A stretch of 64,000 nt of DNA. Source: Raja brachyura. Its lineage: Eukaryota. The stretch spans positions 27,404,001-27,468,000 of the forward strand of contig OY740800.1 in the NCBI GenBank assembly GCA_963514005.1, in the 5' to 3' direction. Positions 49,841 through 62,190 of this stretch are shown here, in pieces. The translations under genes and the position numbers were made by a program. Every line of letters starts with the position of its first letter. Within the stretch, counting starts at the first letter, position 1. The notes beneath the pieces are model-generated. The model saw only the letters and a program-made list of their open reading frames with translations. It was not told the DNA's origin and did not search any database.

Positions 49841-52800
49841 AGGGCGCTTAGTGTTTTATGTGGTCACAATGGACCAAGGGGTCTATGTCTATTCTATATG
49901 ACTATTGACTATCCAGGACTTGGTTAAAATGACAAGTGTTGGATGAACTCAAAATGGGCCAGGCAGCATCTGTGGAGGGAAAGGACAGATGACATATCGA
50001 GTCAGAGCCTTTTGTCAGACCGAAGAAAGATCCAGCCTACCTCATTGCACCTCTATGTGGAGCAGCCATACTGAGCCCCATATCTCAGCACTGAGTAGCA
50101 GAATCCCACTCAGTATAAATCCTCTTGGCAACTCTACGTTCCAGCCCCTTCAACCTGCAGATGCTGTTAAGTGTTTCCAGCACTTTTGTTTTTGTTTTAA
50201 AACTTTATATATTTTTTCAAACAATTTCAGAGTGATGCAGTTAAGAGGTGCATCTGCAAGATCATGATCATAGCGATGCTCTGTAGGAAGTTGATATCTC
50301 TGGAGTGGTACCTCTAAGATGGTAACTGTTAGTCTGCTATAAGCGTATCTAACTTTAAATTTGAGCTCTTGTTCTGAGTTATTTAAAGATTGCCACCACT
50401 TGTAAAAATTGCAGGCATTTCAAATTTTAATTGCACAACATATGTGTACTTTCATGCAACATTGAGTGCAATGTTGATGCTTTTTCATACGTTTTGCTTC
50501 AGTGAAAACATGAGATGGAACACATTTTAAGACTTCACCAATGAATAATTGCTGAAATATTTTCAATTTCATTTGATATCTATTCTTTCGAAAATTATGA
50601 ATATTTTAGAACCACGTAGCATGTGCACATTGTTGGATTTTGCATTCATATTTGATTTCTTTATTGAATGTATTAAATATTTAATTATTTAATTCATTTC
50701 CCCTCAAAGCCACTACCAACATCAAATAGCACATTATTCAATGTACAAACACATCATTCAGCAAACTGTAGGAGGCATAAGAATCAAACTTGCATTCATC
50801 AGTCATCTCAAGATAACAATAACATTTTTCACATTTCTGACAGAATATAACATCACTTTGAGAATAAATGATCATGGATTAAATTGACCCGTCCTAACGT
50901 AAAGCTCAGCAGAACATTGGCCCAATTTACTGTGATGATTCTTAGAGATTCAGTTCATTTACTTCACACTGCAAGAAACCTAATGCTCAGATAAAATGTA
51001 TATAAACCTAGGTTAGTTTTTGAAATCACTCCTTGAGATACTGGATAAACTGTTTTAATTATTTTATGAACACATGGACTATATAAATGGTTCCAGCTTG
51101 CTATAATTTTCCGATTCTCCAGAGATGCAACAAAGGTACCAGAGCACGAGAAGGAACCAAAGCACTATGCCCTTCTTCAAAAAGGTGTTAGGACTTGCCA
51201 GGCAATGACAGGCCAATTGGTTTTAGCTTGGTTATGTGGAAGGTCTTGGAAACAATGGGGTGATTGTGCAGCTAGTTGGACGGCAGTTCTGTGCAAAGCA
51301 GCTGACTAACTGTAGCGTGCAGGTTAGCACATTTCTGTCTTCCCACAGCTTTGCATTCCAATGGGGAAGCTAGGAACATGCTAACGATCTGATACCAACA
51401 TACCCGACCTCCTACTCTGTCACTGAGCTCAGCATCAAATCTGAGGCTGGGTGTAGTCAAGTTGAGTGAGAGCCGAGATTCAATTTGCATGAAACACACG
51501 GTGCTGGAGTAACTCGGTGGGTAGGTCCTTTTATTTTTGTAGCTGCTGAGTTACTTCAGCACTTTGTCTTTTTTGTGAACCAGCATAGTTCCATGTTTTG
51601 TAAACCAGCATAGTTCCTTGTTTTGACGGTTCATATGTGGTTTCTTAGCCCGTGGGTGTAATGCAATGCCCTGGGATCACCAACCTAGATTTACGATGCA
51701 GTTTTTTTCCTTTATTAAGCAGCATTAAAGCTTTGTTTTTATACTGCTACTTCAAATTTATTTGATCTGTTTTTAAATGTCCGATAAGCAATAAAAACAG
51801 TTTAAAGGACCTTTTTATGCACAAGCCGTTTCAATAAATGGGCTTGAGGTGGTCTGGGACGGAGCCCGAGGCTGTGTCACTAAAGGCGTAGTTGCCACTT
51901 GGGGGCCACTCTGCTTTGTGAGGTCCCGAGTTTGATTTGTAAAAGGTTATTGTGGTCATAACTGTAACCAATTGCTGTGGTTTAACAAGAATGGGCCAAC
52001 GCAAGGACACTCAACTAGATCAATAATCAGTAAACATGGCCCGTCTTGACCCGAAACGTCATCCATTCCTTCTATCCAAAGATGCTGTCTGTCCTGCTGA
52101 GTTACCCCAGCATTTTGTGTCTATCTTCAATGTAAATCAGCATCTGCAGTTCCTTCCTACACAGTCCCAATAACATCCTTGTGAATCTTTCTTTCATCCT
52201 TTCCAGCTTAATGACATCCTTCCTAAAGCTTGGTGACCAGAATTACACATTATGCTCCAAGCGTGGGCTCACCTACAGTTTGTACAAAGGCTATATGATG
52301 TCCCAGCTCCTGTACTTGATGTCCTGACCGATGAAGGCAAGTGTACTAGACGCCTTCACCTCCCCGTCTGCCCATGTTGTCATTGTCCTAAAATGGCGGT
52401 ACGTGCTCTCAAGCTTTGTATTTTCTGTTCAACGGAATACCATGCCTGATCTGATTGTAATCTCACAATCCTGTCTACCCTCTGTACTGTAACTTATCTT
52501 CCTCAAGTTAATGGGTTTTAAATTGCACAAGAGATGGGTTTTAAATTGCACAAGAACCCAAGAAAGAGGCAAAGGTAGACCACTGAAGTCTTTGAGACAA
52601 CTCAATCCCCACCTCTCATATCTGATCAAAATTGTTCCCCTTTATTTTTGCATTGTGATCATGGCTTCTAGATTCTCCCACAAAATGAACCATGTCCACC
52701 TCCAAGACCCCTTAGGAGCTTGTGTTTCAATCAAACTCCCTCTCCCTCTTCTGAACTCCAGGCCTATCCTGCTCAACCTTTTCATGTTAGGCAACCCTTC

Positions 52801-54654
52801 CATTTCAGATATTAGTCCTGTAAATCTTTGAAAATGCGTTAACATTTTTTAAAATACTAGACTAGTAACATACACAGCCCCCTAGATATGATCTCATCAG
52901 TGCCCTGTATTCTTCAAAATGTAAGGATGATAAGTGTAATATTAGTTGTCTGATATCAAATTAAATTTGCATGACTATTTTAATGCATTGGATACTAAGC
53001 TTTATTTCAATACCTCGTGCAGCAATGTCGAATAGAGATGCATTGCTTCAGGCCAATCTGTGATTTTATTTAGCCCTTGCCTGATCCTTCTCAAGGGTCT
53101 CTTTCTGTCATGAGTTATCAACATTTCTCTTTGGAAACACTGAAGTGTATTGTATTGTCTTGAAAACAACGTTTTTCTCCTGCATTAGTGGCCTACTTGA
53201 GGTCAGTTGATCATATTTCCCACTATATCTCAGCTCTGTTCTCCAATGTATTAAGTTACTGGTTTCAATTAGACTATGATTTGTAAAATTCATGTGATGA
53301 ATTATAAAATGTTATTCACATAGTTTGTACTTGTGTATGCTTCTTTGTAGGTTAAAGTAGTATAGGGTTGTTAAGTGTACACTGTTAAGTGTTCTGAAAA
53401 ATGTTGACCTGAAATGCATTGAAATATTCTGTGATAAAAATGAGAAGCTGGTTTGGGGTTGCTTCAAATGCTGCTCTGGACTGACCACCAGCTGTCCCAG
53501 ATTGATGGGATCATAACTAAGTTTTGTTCTTTGTTGCTTTCACCTGGTAATATTAGTTTCCTCTGCTGTGATATATATCCCTCCCATCATCAATCAACCA
53601 CTTGTTGACAGTGGGAACTTGGGCTGGGCTGGGTTGGATTGGTGATTTGAACCTGTATACTGCTGTAAATAATTTATCTTTATACGGTGTTCATTTTATG
53701 TAAGGAAATCTGTGTGTAATGCATGAATTTGTCTGAGCTTTGCCAGATTATTGATTTACTGCGAAAGTGGCTCTGTTAGATCAGCTATTGCAAAGGCTTT
53801 GGGCATTCACAAAGTTTGAAAATGGGAAATTGCCAAAATACTATGGAATATATGTAAGAGTTCTAATGGAAGCCAAAGCAGCTGACATCTGCTAAAAGCA
53901 ACTGCAGTCCAAATTGCCAGATATTTTCCCTCTTGACAATATTTTGTATGTTAAAATAAATTCCAAGGTAGTTATTCATGATAAAACTCACTTACTATCT
54001 TAGTTTTGTGGTCTGTTTAAATTGAGCTCTGTCAGTGTTTGCCATTGTCATAAATTGAACCTATTGATTTGAGTTGTTGTAAATTGTATGATGAATTGGA
54101 TGTGACAACTGAGTTTACATTTTCTATTGCAATTGAATCTATTAAAGATGCATTTTTGAAAGTTTTTAGGAAATCTAAAGGGATAGGTTTGATATCCCAT
54201 CCAAAAAGGCCATTCAATATCATTGACTTGTTGATCTGTTTGCTTGGTATAAGTGTTAATGAGTAAGCTGCAGCGATGCTTTTAAGTATGTAACTTTGTA
54301 TGGGAAGTTTTGGCAATGAGATTCGCCAAACAAATTGTAGTCGCGAAATAAGGAATTATTCAATAAGATGTGAACTTTTATAAGGAATCTTTATTGTTTC
54401 TAAGGTGATTGTTCACCTTTGCTTCCTTGAGATGGTAAATCTACTTCTACACTTGTCACTATTAATATGAAACAGGTTCCCAGTATAATTGTTGGGATTA
54501 TTGGCTGAGTTTGGCTATAAATGTCTGGGAATATTATTGTATATTGAGGGAAAATTCTGTATTGATTTGTATATTGAAATAATTTGAGCAGCATAGTGCC
54601 TCACGGCTCCAGCGACCCTGGTTTAATCTTGTGCTGAGTGTCTGTTCTGAGTGA

Positions 54655-55600
54655 TGGAATCATAGAATTGTACAGCATGAAAATGGGCTAATCATGGGCA
54701 CCGTTTTGCACAAACTGCATTGCCCATTTTATACAGTAGAGTAATATACAGTGTGTAAACAGGCCCCTCGGCCCAACTTGCCCACACCGGCAAACCTGTC
54801 CCAGCTGTACTAGTCCCACCTGCCTGTGCTTGGTCCATATCCTTTGAAACTTCTCCTATAAATGTACAGAGCTGCCAAGTAGTACGGATTTTCTGTATTT
54901 TGTACAGAAATGCGATCAGAATACAGATGTACGAATTTGCTTTGTAAAATACAGATTTTTTAAACATCAGCCCAACTTTCTGTTTCACTTTTTTTCAGCA
55001 AAATGGCACCGTGTAAAAATACTGAATTCCTTCAGCAAAATACTGATTTTCAGGTACTAGAATACTGAAATCCTCTGACAAAACTTGTCAGCTCTGCATG
55101 TACCTGTCTAACTGTTTCTTAAACATTAGGATAATCCCAGCCTCAACTACCTCCTGCGGCAGCTTGTTCCATACACCCACCACCCTTTGTGTGAAAATAG
55201 CTCTCTATTTCTGTGATTCAAATATTAATCAATACACTTAAATGCTGTCAGTTATCTATTATTACTTCAACCTCTTTCAGGCAGTGCATTCTAGGAACTC
55301 GCCACTCTTTGAGTGAAGATGGCCCACCTCATCTCCCGTGAATCTTTTTCCCCTTGCTTAAACCTTTGCCCTCTAGTTTTATGTACCTCTATTGGGAAAG
55401 GTTGCTGCAGTCTACCCTATCTATACCCTTCATCATTTTATATACCTCAAACATGTCCCTCTGCTCCAGGAGAAAACAGACCCAGCTTGTCCGGTCCCTC
55501 CTCCCAATTCCAGAAAACATCCTGGTGAATCTGGTCTGCATTCTGTCCAGCACTAGCATCCTTTCTTTCGTCTGACCGGGACTGCACGTAGTAAATCTCG
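54655..55600 (-). mobile_element. CR1 3' fragments
   Basis: CR1 3' UTR and LDRMQTRFTRM..EVYKMMKGIDRVD (ORF 55389-55640). Confidence 0.75.
54867..55096. mobile_element. 230-bp hAT-like MITE
   Basis: TIRs CAGAGCTGCCAAGT / ACTTGTCAGCTCTG (13/14 match). Apparent 6-bp TSD AATGTA / CATGTA. Interrupts the CR1 motif CCTATCCATGTACCTGTC. Confidence 0.8.
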
Positions 55601-56504
55601 GAGCATGGTTATAATGACAGAACCCTCCCAAAGTTAACAATTTCTATAGTTTATTATTTTCTCCATGAACTTAAAGCCGTTCCAACTTTGTGTAAAGGTT
55701 TGACACTGCGCTGTGCAATGAAAGGATATTGTTTAACCACATTGTGCAGAAGAACTCCTGGTTACTCCATCACAACCTGCTTACCCTGAGGTGGGGAAGT
55801 ATCATTGTCAGGTTAAAGCGTACAAAATCATTTGGGCACGAGGCAGCTGGGAACAGTAGATCCTTGCAACTCTGTAGTCCAAGATGAAATCAGTTGACAG
55901 GTGCTTCTAAAGCATGCACAAGTCCTTTTTTTTTAATGTGGATGACATTAAGGTCAGTTTTTATTGCTCATTCTGGACCTTGAGAGGTTGGCAGTGACCT
56001 GTTGTGAATCACTGCAGTCTTTCTAGTATTTCATTGCAGAAAGTGGCAGTGTATTTATAGTTTATCAATTTGAGGATATTCTGAAAGTTAGCCATGGGTT
56101 CATCAGAGCAAAGTCACTGTGTGGAATTACTGTGTTGACAAGGGACTGTCAAGGGTTATGGTAATGAAACTCAAATCTGATGGAATTCCAGTTATCCATT
56201 TGTTGGATACTGATTATTTGTGTCTTGCATCTGTTTTAGTGGTGAAAGGAAATGGGTTGATTCCTGAGGACTTTGTGTCGTGAGGGAATGGGAGTCGGAT
56301 TATTTTATCTTCAGGACTAGCATGACTGAATCTATTCATCTTCTGCACCACAGAAAAAATCTTAGAACCAGTGGATTGTCAGCTAATAACAATGTATATT
56401 TCTGTAGTTTTATTTCGCTCGTGTAATTGATAGTTGTGTAAATATAGGTAACCACAATGAAAGTATGTATGGTTCCGTGAGTGCCATTTACCACGGAGTC
56501 CAGA

Positions 56505-56840
56505 GGCCGAGTTCAAGTTTCATTACAGAGACTCGAACGCAAACATCTAGGGTGACACCACATGCAGTACTGCAGAGCTGCAAAACTTTCAGATGAGACA
56601 ATATACTTTGATCCCTTGCGCACATAAAATAAAGAAAATGTGGAGTTGCTTCTAGTGTTGTGCTGATATTTATCTTTCAATCAACATAATTTGAACAATG
56701 ACCAGGTTGATGTCGTGTGTGTTTCTGGCAATTTGCTGTGTGCAAATTAACTGCTGCATCTCCTACTCTGGCAGTGATGTACTTCAGACGTTGTCATTAG
56801 TTGGAAAAGTATCTGAAGATGTGAAAGATGAAAACATAAG
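56505..56840 (+). mobile_element. Ancient Deu-domain SINE (SacSINE1/AmnSINE1-like), degenerate
   Basis: TTTCAGATGAGAC..GATCCC..ATATTTATCTTTCAATCAACAT..TTGCTGTGTGCAAATT..TCCTAC resembles the recalled Deu-domain consensus. Confidence 0.6.
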
Positions 56841-57592
56841 AATCAAGAACAGGAATACACCTTTTTTTGGTTGTCCCTTTGAGCTGCATCACCATTAAGA
56901 TCAAAGCCTTCTTGTACTATCCCCGTGGCCCTTAACTTCCGATGGTACTATATAAATTCAGACTCTGGACATTCCAGAGAGTAAGGTAGAGCTAGTTGAC
57001 CGATTCACTCCTAACCAGAGTGGTGGAGAAAAAATAGCACTGAAATTAAGGAGGACTATTAGGTTTTTTTTCCCTCTTTAGCTGTAATACTACATTCTGC
57101 ACTGTTTCCTTTCTCTTTTTGCACTGTGGTGCTCTTGGTAGGATCTGCCTGGATAGTATGCAAAACAGTTTTCACCAAATCTCTGTCACCTGACAATAAT
57201 AAATCAATATATCAAAGTAGGAGCTGGAAAATAGAGATTTAATTTAGTCCATGGTACCTCTTCCGCCATGATTAATTCATGGACAAACTGAAAATATTTT
57301 CACATTTTGTCCCTGCATTCCTTGATGCCTGTGGCAAAGAATCGCAGATTCAATGAAAATTAGAAGAAAAATGCAGATCTCTAGAAATCTGCAACAAAGC
57401 AGAAAATACTGGAAAAACTCAGCAGTTCATGCAGCGTGAAGGGTCTTTGTCGCAGATATAACACTCTTTCTCTTTCCATCTACCCTACCTGACAGTTTCT
57501 GTTGTCTGTATATCATCTCAGATGTAAAGTATTATCTAGCATCGAAGGTATTTTGTAAAATAGTTTTAAATTTCTGTTACATTTTTAAATTA

Positions 57593-57907
57593 TTTTAGTT
57601 TAGAAATACAGCACGGAAACAGGCACCTTCGGCCCACCAAGTCCGCACCGATCAGTGATCTCTGCACAACAGCACTATTCTACACACACTAGGGACTAGA
57701 CACACACACTTGCATTTATACCAAGCCAATTAACCTACAAACCTGTACATCTTTGGAGTATGGAGGAAACCGATGATCTCTGAGAAAACCCATGCGGTCA
57801 CGGGGAGAACGTACAAACTCCGTACAGGCAGCACCCGTAGTCTGGATCAAACCCAGGTCTCTGGCACTGTAAGGTAGTAACGCTGCCACTTTGCTACTAT
57901 GTCGCCC
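57593..57907 (-). mobile_element. HE1/V-SINE-like SINE
   Basis: Close match to 32325-32644. Confidence 0.85.
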
Positions 57908-58434
57908 TTTGGTTGTTAAGTATTTCTAAATTTCATTAATAAAATGCCTGTTTTTATTTTCAAGCTATTTTTAAGCAATGTCGCCTTGTCCTAGACCCTG
58001 TCCCATTAGTTTATTTGTGTACTGTCTGGCTTTAACCTTCTAAATTTCAATTAATTCAACTCTAGTCTGTAATTTACCCCATGTAGTTGCATGTCTGAAT
58101 CTTTATCCTGGAGAATTGGAATCAATTTAGGAGGAGCTGAGAAAGTGCAGAAAGCATTAGTGAGCTTTATTTATTGCCCTTCAAATAATGGCTGTATTAT
58201 TCAATGAGAAAGGAATTGGATGCATGTAATGAGTGTAATATAATAATGGAGACTTCAATAGACTGAATAGATCAAATTAATGGTGATGAGGCAGACTAAT
58301 TTGTGGATTATATGAACGTTTTCCAGATCAATATGTCAAGGAACCAACACAATAATGGCTATTTCAGCTTCATTACTGTGCAGTGAAAAGGGGTTAATTG
58401 ATATTCTTGGTGTAGAATGGCCTTTAGGGAAAAT

Positions 58435-59450
58435 AGAGCCATACAGCATGAAGACAGGCCCTTCAGCATAACTTACCCACACCAACCAACATGCCCCATC
58501 TACACTAGTCCCACCTGTATTTTTGCCCCATATTCCTCCAAACCTAACTATACCTGTCAAAATGCTTTTTTAAACGTTACGATAGTACCTTCCTCAATTA
58601 CAACCTCCAGCAGCTCATTCCATGCACCCACTACCCTTTGTGTAAAATAAAACGTTTCTCCTCTGGTTCCTATTAAATCTTTTCCCCCTGACCTTACACC
58701 TATGTCCGCAGATTCTCAATTCCCTACTCTGGGCATAAGTTTTTTTTTGCCAAAGGAGGCAAAATCATTGGCCTAGAAAATACATAATTTTCCATTCCAA
58801 GTAACATTGTTAGATCTAAGAGAGTCTTAAGTATATAACTAGGAGAAATCATAAGAGTGTGAAAAGGGAGGTGGTTGTGGTTAATTGGGAAACTATGTTA
58901 AAGGGAAGTATGGTGGGCAGAAATAATAATGGATATGATAATGAAATCCTTTAAAATACATTAGGAAAAGTAGGTTGTCCATGGCTAACAGACAAAATGA
59001 AGGAGTATGAAACCAAAGGAAGGGATTTATAAATTTACCAGAAATAGCAATGGCATGAGGATTGGAGCACTTTAGAACCTGGCATAGTGAAATTAATAAA
59101 GAAAGGGATGATAAAATATAACATAACACTATGAAAAACACAAAATAAGCACAGAGCCTTCCTACTCTGTAAGAATGAAAAGACTAGTAAGGGCAAACAC
59201 AGATCCCTTCCAGATGCAGGGAGAATTCGCAATGGGAATAAAGAAATTGCAGAGAAATTAAATAATTGTGTGAGTGTCTTCACAAAAAAAAACACAGTAA
59301 GCATGCCAGAATGATGAAGGAACAAAGGGTGAGGAAATGGAGAAAAGTACAATGAGTGAAATAGAAGTATAGAAATGAATACAGCACACACTGATAAGAC
59401 CCAAGGACCGATGATCTATTGCAGTGTTTTGAAAGAGGTGTCAGAAATAG
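58435..59450. mobile_element. CR1 fragments: 3' end on - (58435-58735) and old internal piece on + (58740-59450)
   Basis: 3' UTR motifs, plus degenerate ORF2-like GNKEIAEKLNNCVSVFT..D KTQGP. Confidence 0.65.
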
Positions 59451-60345
59451 ATTATTTAAAGGAGGAGGAACCAGTACCAGGTGTTGAAATTAAGTGTTCT
59501 TTGTTGTAGGGAAAGTGTTCATGTGGTTTGAAGATGGTGTTGCACAGCTGGGCCTCTGTATAGATGCACAGGGCATTGTTGCTGCTAGTCACCACGAATC
59601 AAAGGTAGCATATTCATTTGATTAAAATTACTGTGAAAATAACAGTAAAATGCCTGTTTGTTCTTGTGCAATTAAACATTGTACTCTAGTTGTTTTGTAA
59701 TGCATACTCTTAAAAATAATTTGGAGGCAGGGTATGATTGAAGGAAAATGCAGATTCGCACTGTTACTGAAATTACCTTGCCCTTTTGTTTCGACATGCT
59801 CTTGCATTTTGCCTGGGGAGGGTGAAGTAGAATTGTTGCCATGTTTACAAAACTGTTTAAGACTGCTTCAAAACAAAGTCCATTTTGAATTATCGGTTTA
59901 TACAGATCCCATTAAGCTCATCAAGCCCTGGTATTTTTGTTGCTCATGAACAAATTCACTCCTTGGGGAAAATGTTCATTCCAAGTCAGAAATTACATTC
60001 TAAAATCAGCATTATTGCCAGATACCAAACCATAAGGGATAAAAATGTGCACGGAAGAAAGCTTTCAATTGGCAGAAGGACATGGCAAGTTGTTTTAAAG
60101 AGCTCTTCTTGAAGCTATAGCAGTTTAGAAAATGAATTTTACTACCAACCCCTCTTTTTTGATATTCTGACTTTTTTTTAAATTTTGCAATAACAGTGGA
60201 CCAAGCTTGGTCGATCTTCAGAATATGTATATGTATGCAAGTAAATAGATCTACTAATTGACTTGCTGAACTGGATATTTTTACTAGAACAAAAATTCTG
60301 CAGCAAGTGTTAGTGTGGTGGCTGAGGGCTAACGTGTGTAAACTA

Positions 60346-60476
60346 TCTGAAGAAGGGTCTCGACCCGAAACGTCGCCTATCTCCTTCGCTCCTTAGATGC
60401 TGCTGCACCCGCTGAGTTTCTCCAGCTTTTTGTGTACCCTCGATTCTCCAGCATCTGCAGTTCCTTCTTTAACACT
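60346..60476 (+). mobile_element. Young PLE-derived repeat with intact minimal hammerhead core (60347-60374)
   Basis: CTGAAGA-A-GGGT-CTCG-ACCC-GAAA-C-GTC. Possible TSD TAAACT (60339-60344, 60476-60481). Confidence 0.88.
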
Positions 60477-60789
60477 AAACTGTTTGCATGCTGTTTGCCA
60501 GAATTACAAATGGAATCTCATTTTTGCATGCTTATTCATCTGAGGAACATTTAATTAAGCAACAGTGCCTTTGGCAGATTCTTGGAGCACGTGATTTAAA
60601 GTTGGCAGTTTTAATTATTCTGAAACTTTGCTTTTTTTTTGCAACAGTTTACTCGCTTGTACTCCTACACTGGAGGAACTACATATTGTGGATGGGGCAT
60701 CTTGGTCAGCATGGACAAGTTATGCCGAACAGCCTGTTTCCATGCTGTCTGACTCTGTGACATATAGCATGCCATACATTGACTTCAGC

Positions 60790-61085
60790 TGTTCCATTTT
60801 AACAGCCCCTCCATACTGTGGAACGTTATTTACTGACTACACATCACATGCGACAAACAACCGCTGGTTTTCCTCTACGCTGGAGTTACCAAATGCAGAG
60901 TGGGCGACCACTTTGCAGAATACCTTCTTCGGTCCACCAGCATGTCTCAAACTGTTCAGTTCCCTTTCACTTCATTACTCTAATGGATTCCCACCCGAAC
61001 CTCAATTGCAAGCCTGAAATACACAATCTAATTTTCCCTCCATGAAGATTACTGCCCTTGGGAATCAATATGAAATTCAAAATTC
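60790..61085 (+). mobile_element. Degenerate Penelope GIY-YIG remnant
   Basis: CTCTACGCTGGAG..CCAAATGCAGAGTGGGCGACCACTTTGCAGAA resembles LYIGETKRRLGDRFAEH-type coding sequence. Confidence 0.55.
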
Positions 61086-61564
61086 AATATTTGTAAGACA
61101 TTATATCTTTGGATTAAAGATTTAAACACTGGATATAAATAGGCAGTGCAAATCGCGGTCGACACAAGTTTACAATAAATCAATAAACCGCTTGTCTTTT
61201 TGTTTTGGTAAATTGCTATAATTTAGACAAATCTTGGCAGACGTGGACTTAGACTAAGTTGATTACAGGAAGCCAAATCCAGTTAACCATTCCACTTTAA
61301 AAGCTGCTACATAACCATTTAAGTTTAAATTGAGGAGCCCGGTATTTGAAAGGAGATTGTAAATTTAACAATCTTGATGCTAGTTTTGAAGTAAATAGAA
61401 ACACACATCAGAATCTAAACATAACAGGGTAAGGGAAATATTAAGTGTAGTGGGTTTTATTCTTGTAGTCCTAGAATGGTGAAGAGGCAATTAAGCTTGG
61501 TGAAAGATCTATCCAATTATTCCTTACCCCACGCATCTCTCTCAATTTCCTGGCTCAAATACAA

Positions 61565-62190
61565 GAAAGAAACTTGTATTCATGACCTCGGGACATGTGA
61601 ACTACTTTTCAATCAATGAAGCACAACTGAAGTGTTAAAAAAGGAACTGCAGATGCTGGAAAATCGAGGGTACACAAAAGGCTGGAGAAATTCAGCGGGT
61701 GCAGCAGCATCTAAGGAGCGAAGGAGATAGGCAACGTTTCGGGCCGAAACCCGGCCCGAAACGTTGCCTATCTCCTTCGCTCCTTAGATGCTGCTGCACC
61801 CGCTGAGTTTCTCCAACCTTTTGTGTACCCCCAAGCACAACTGAAGAGCAGTCACTGTTGTAATGGAGGACACGTGGCAACTGATTTACACATAATACAA
61901 TCCCACAAACAGAAATGTGATATGATTAGATAATCTGTTTTTAGTGATGTTAATTAAGGGATAAATACAGGCCGATCACTCTGGACAGCTCCCTTGCTGC
62001 TTGAAATAGTGTCCGATTCTTTTGCATCTGCTTGAGAGTGCAAATGGGGGCCTGGTTTAGCATCTCAGTTGGTAGATGGAATCTTTGACTGTCGAGCAAA
62101 CCAACCCTCCCCCCACTTTCCACGCCTGTGTAACACTGGAGTGTTTGCTCATTTCTTGTGCTTAAATCGCTGGGGACTTGTACTTGACAG
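61565..62190 (-). mobile_element. Deu-domain SINE (SacSINE1-like) interrupted by a PLE palindrome
   Basis: Minus strand TATTTATCCCTTAATTAACATCACTAAAAACAGATTATCT..TTTGTGGGA..CATTACAACAGTGACT. Confidence 0.7.
61633..61832. mobile_element. Palindromic PLE insertion with 14-bp TSD
   Basis: 79-bp arms at 61668-61746 and 61752-61830 (2 mismatches), 5-nt spacer. TSD AAGCACAACTGAAG (61619-61632, 61833-61846). Confidence 0.92.

Noticed and set aside
51123-51184. Possible internal exon (ttctccag|AGATGC...AAAG|gtgtta) of the + strand gene
   Set aside because: Weak donor and no recognisable protein; needs RNA-seq.
51893-51907. CTCF-like motif TGCCACTTGGGGGC
   Set aside because: Mismatch at a core position; a single motif is insufficient.
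10410-57907. tRNA genes suggested by A/B boxes
   Set aside because: They are SINE heads fused to V-domain and LINE tails, with no complete cloverleaf.
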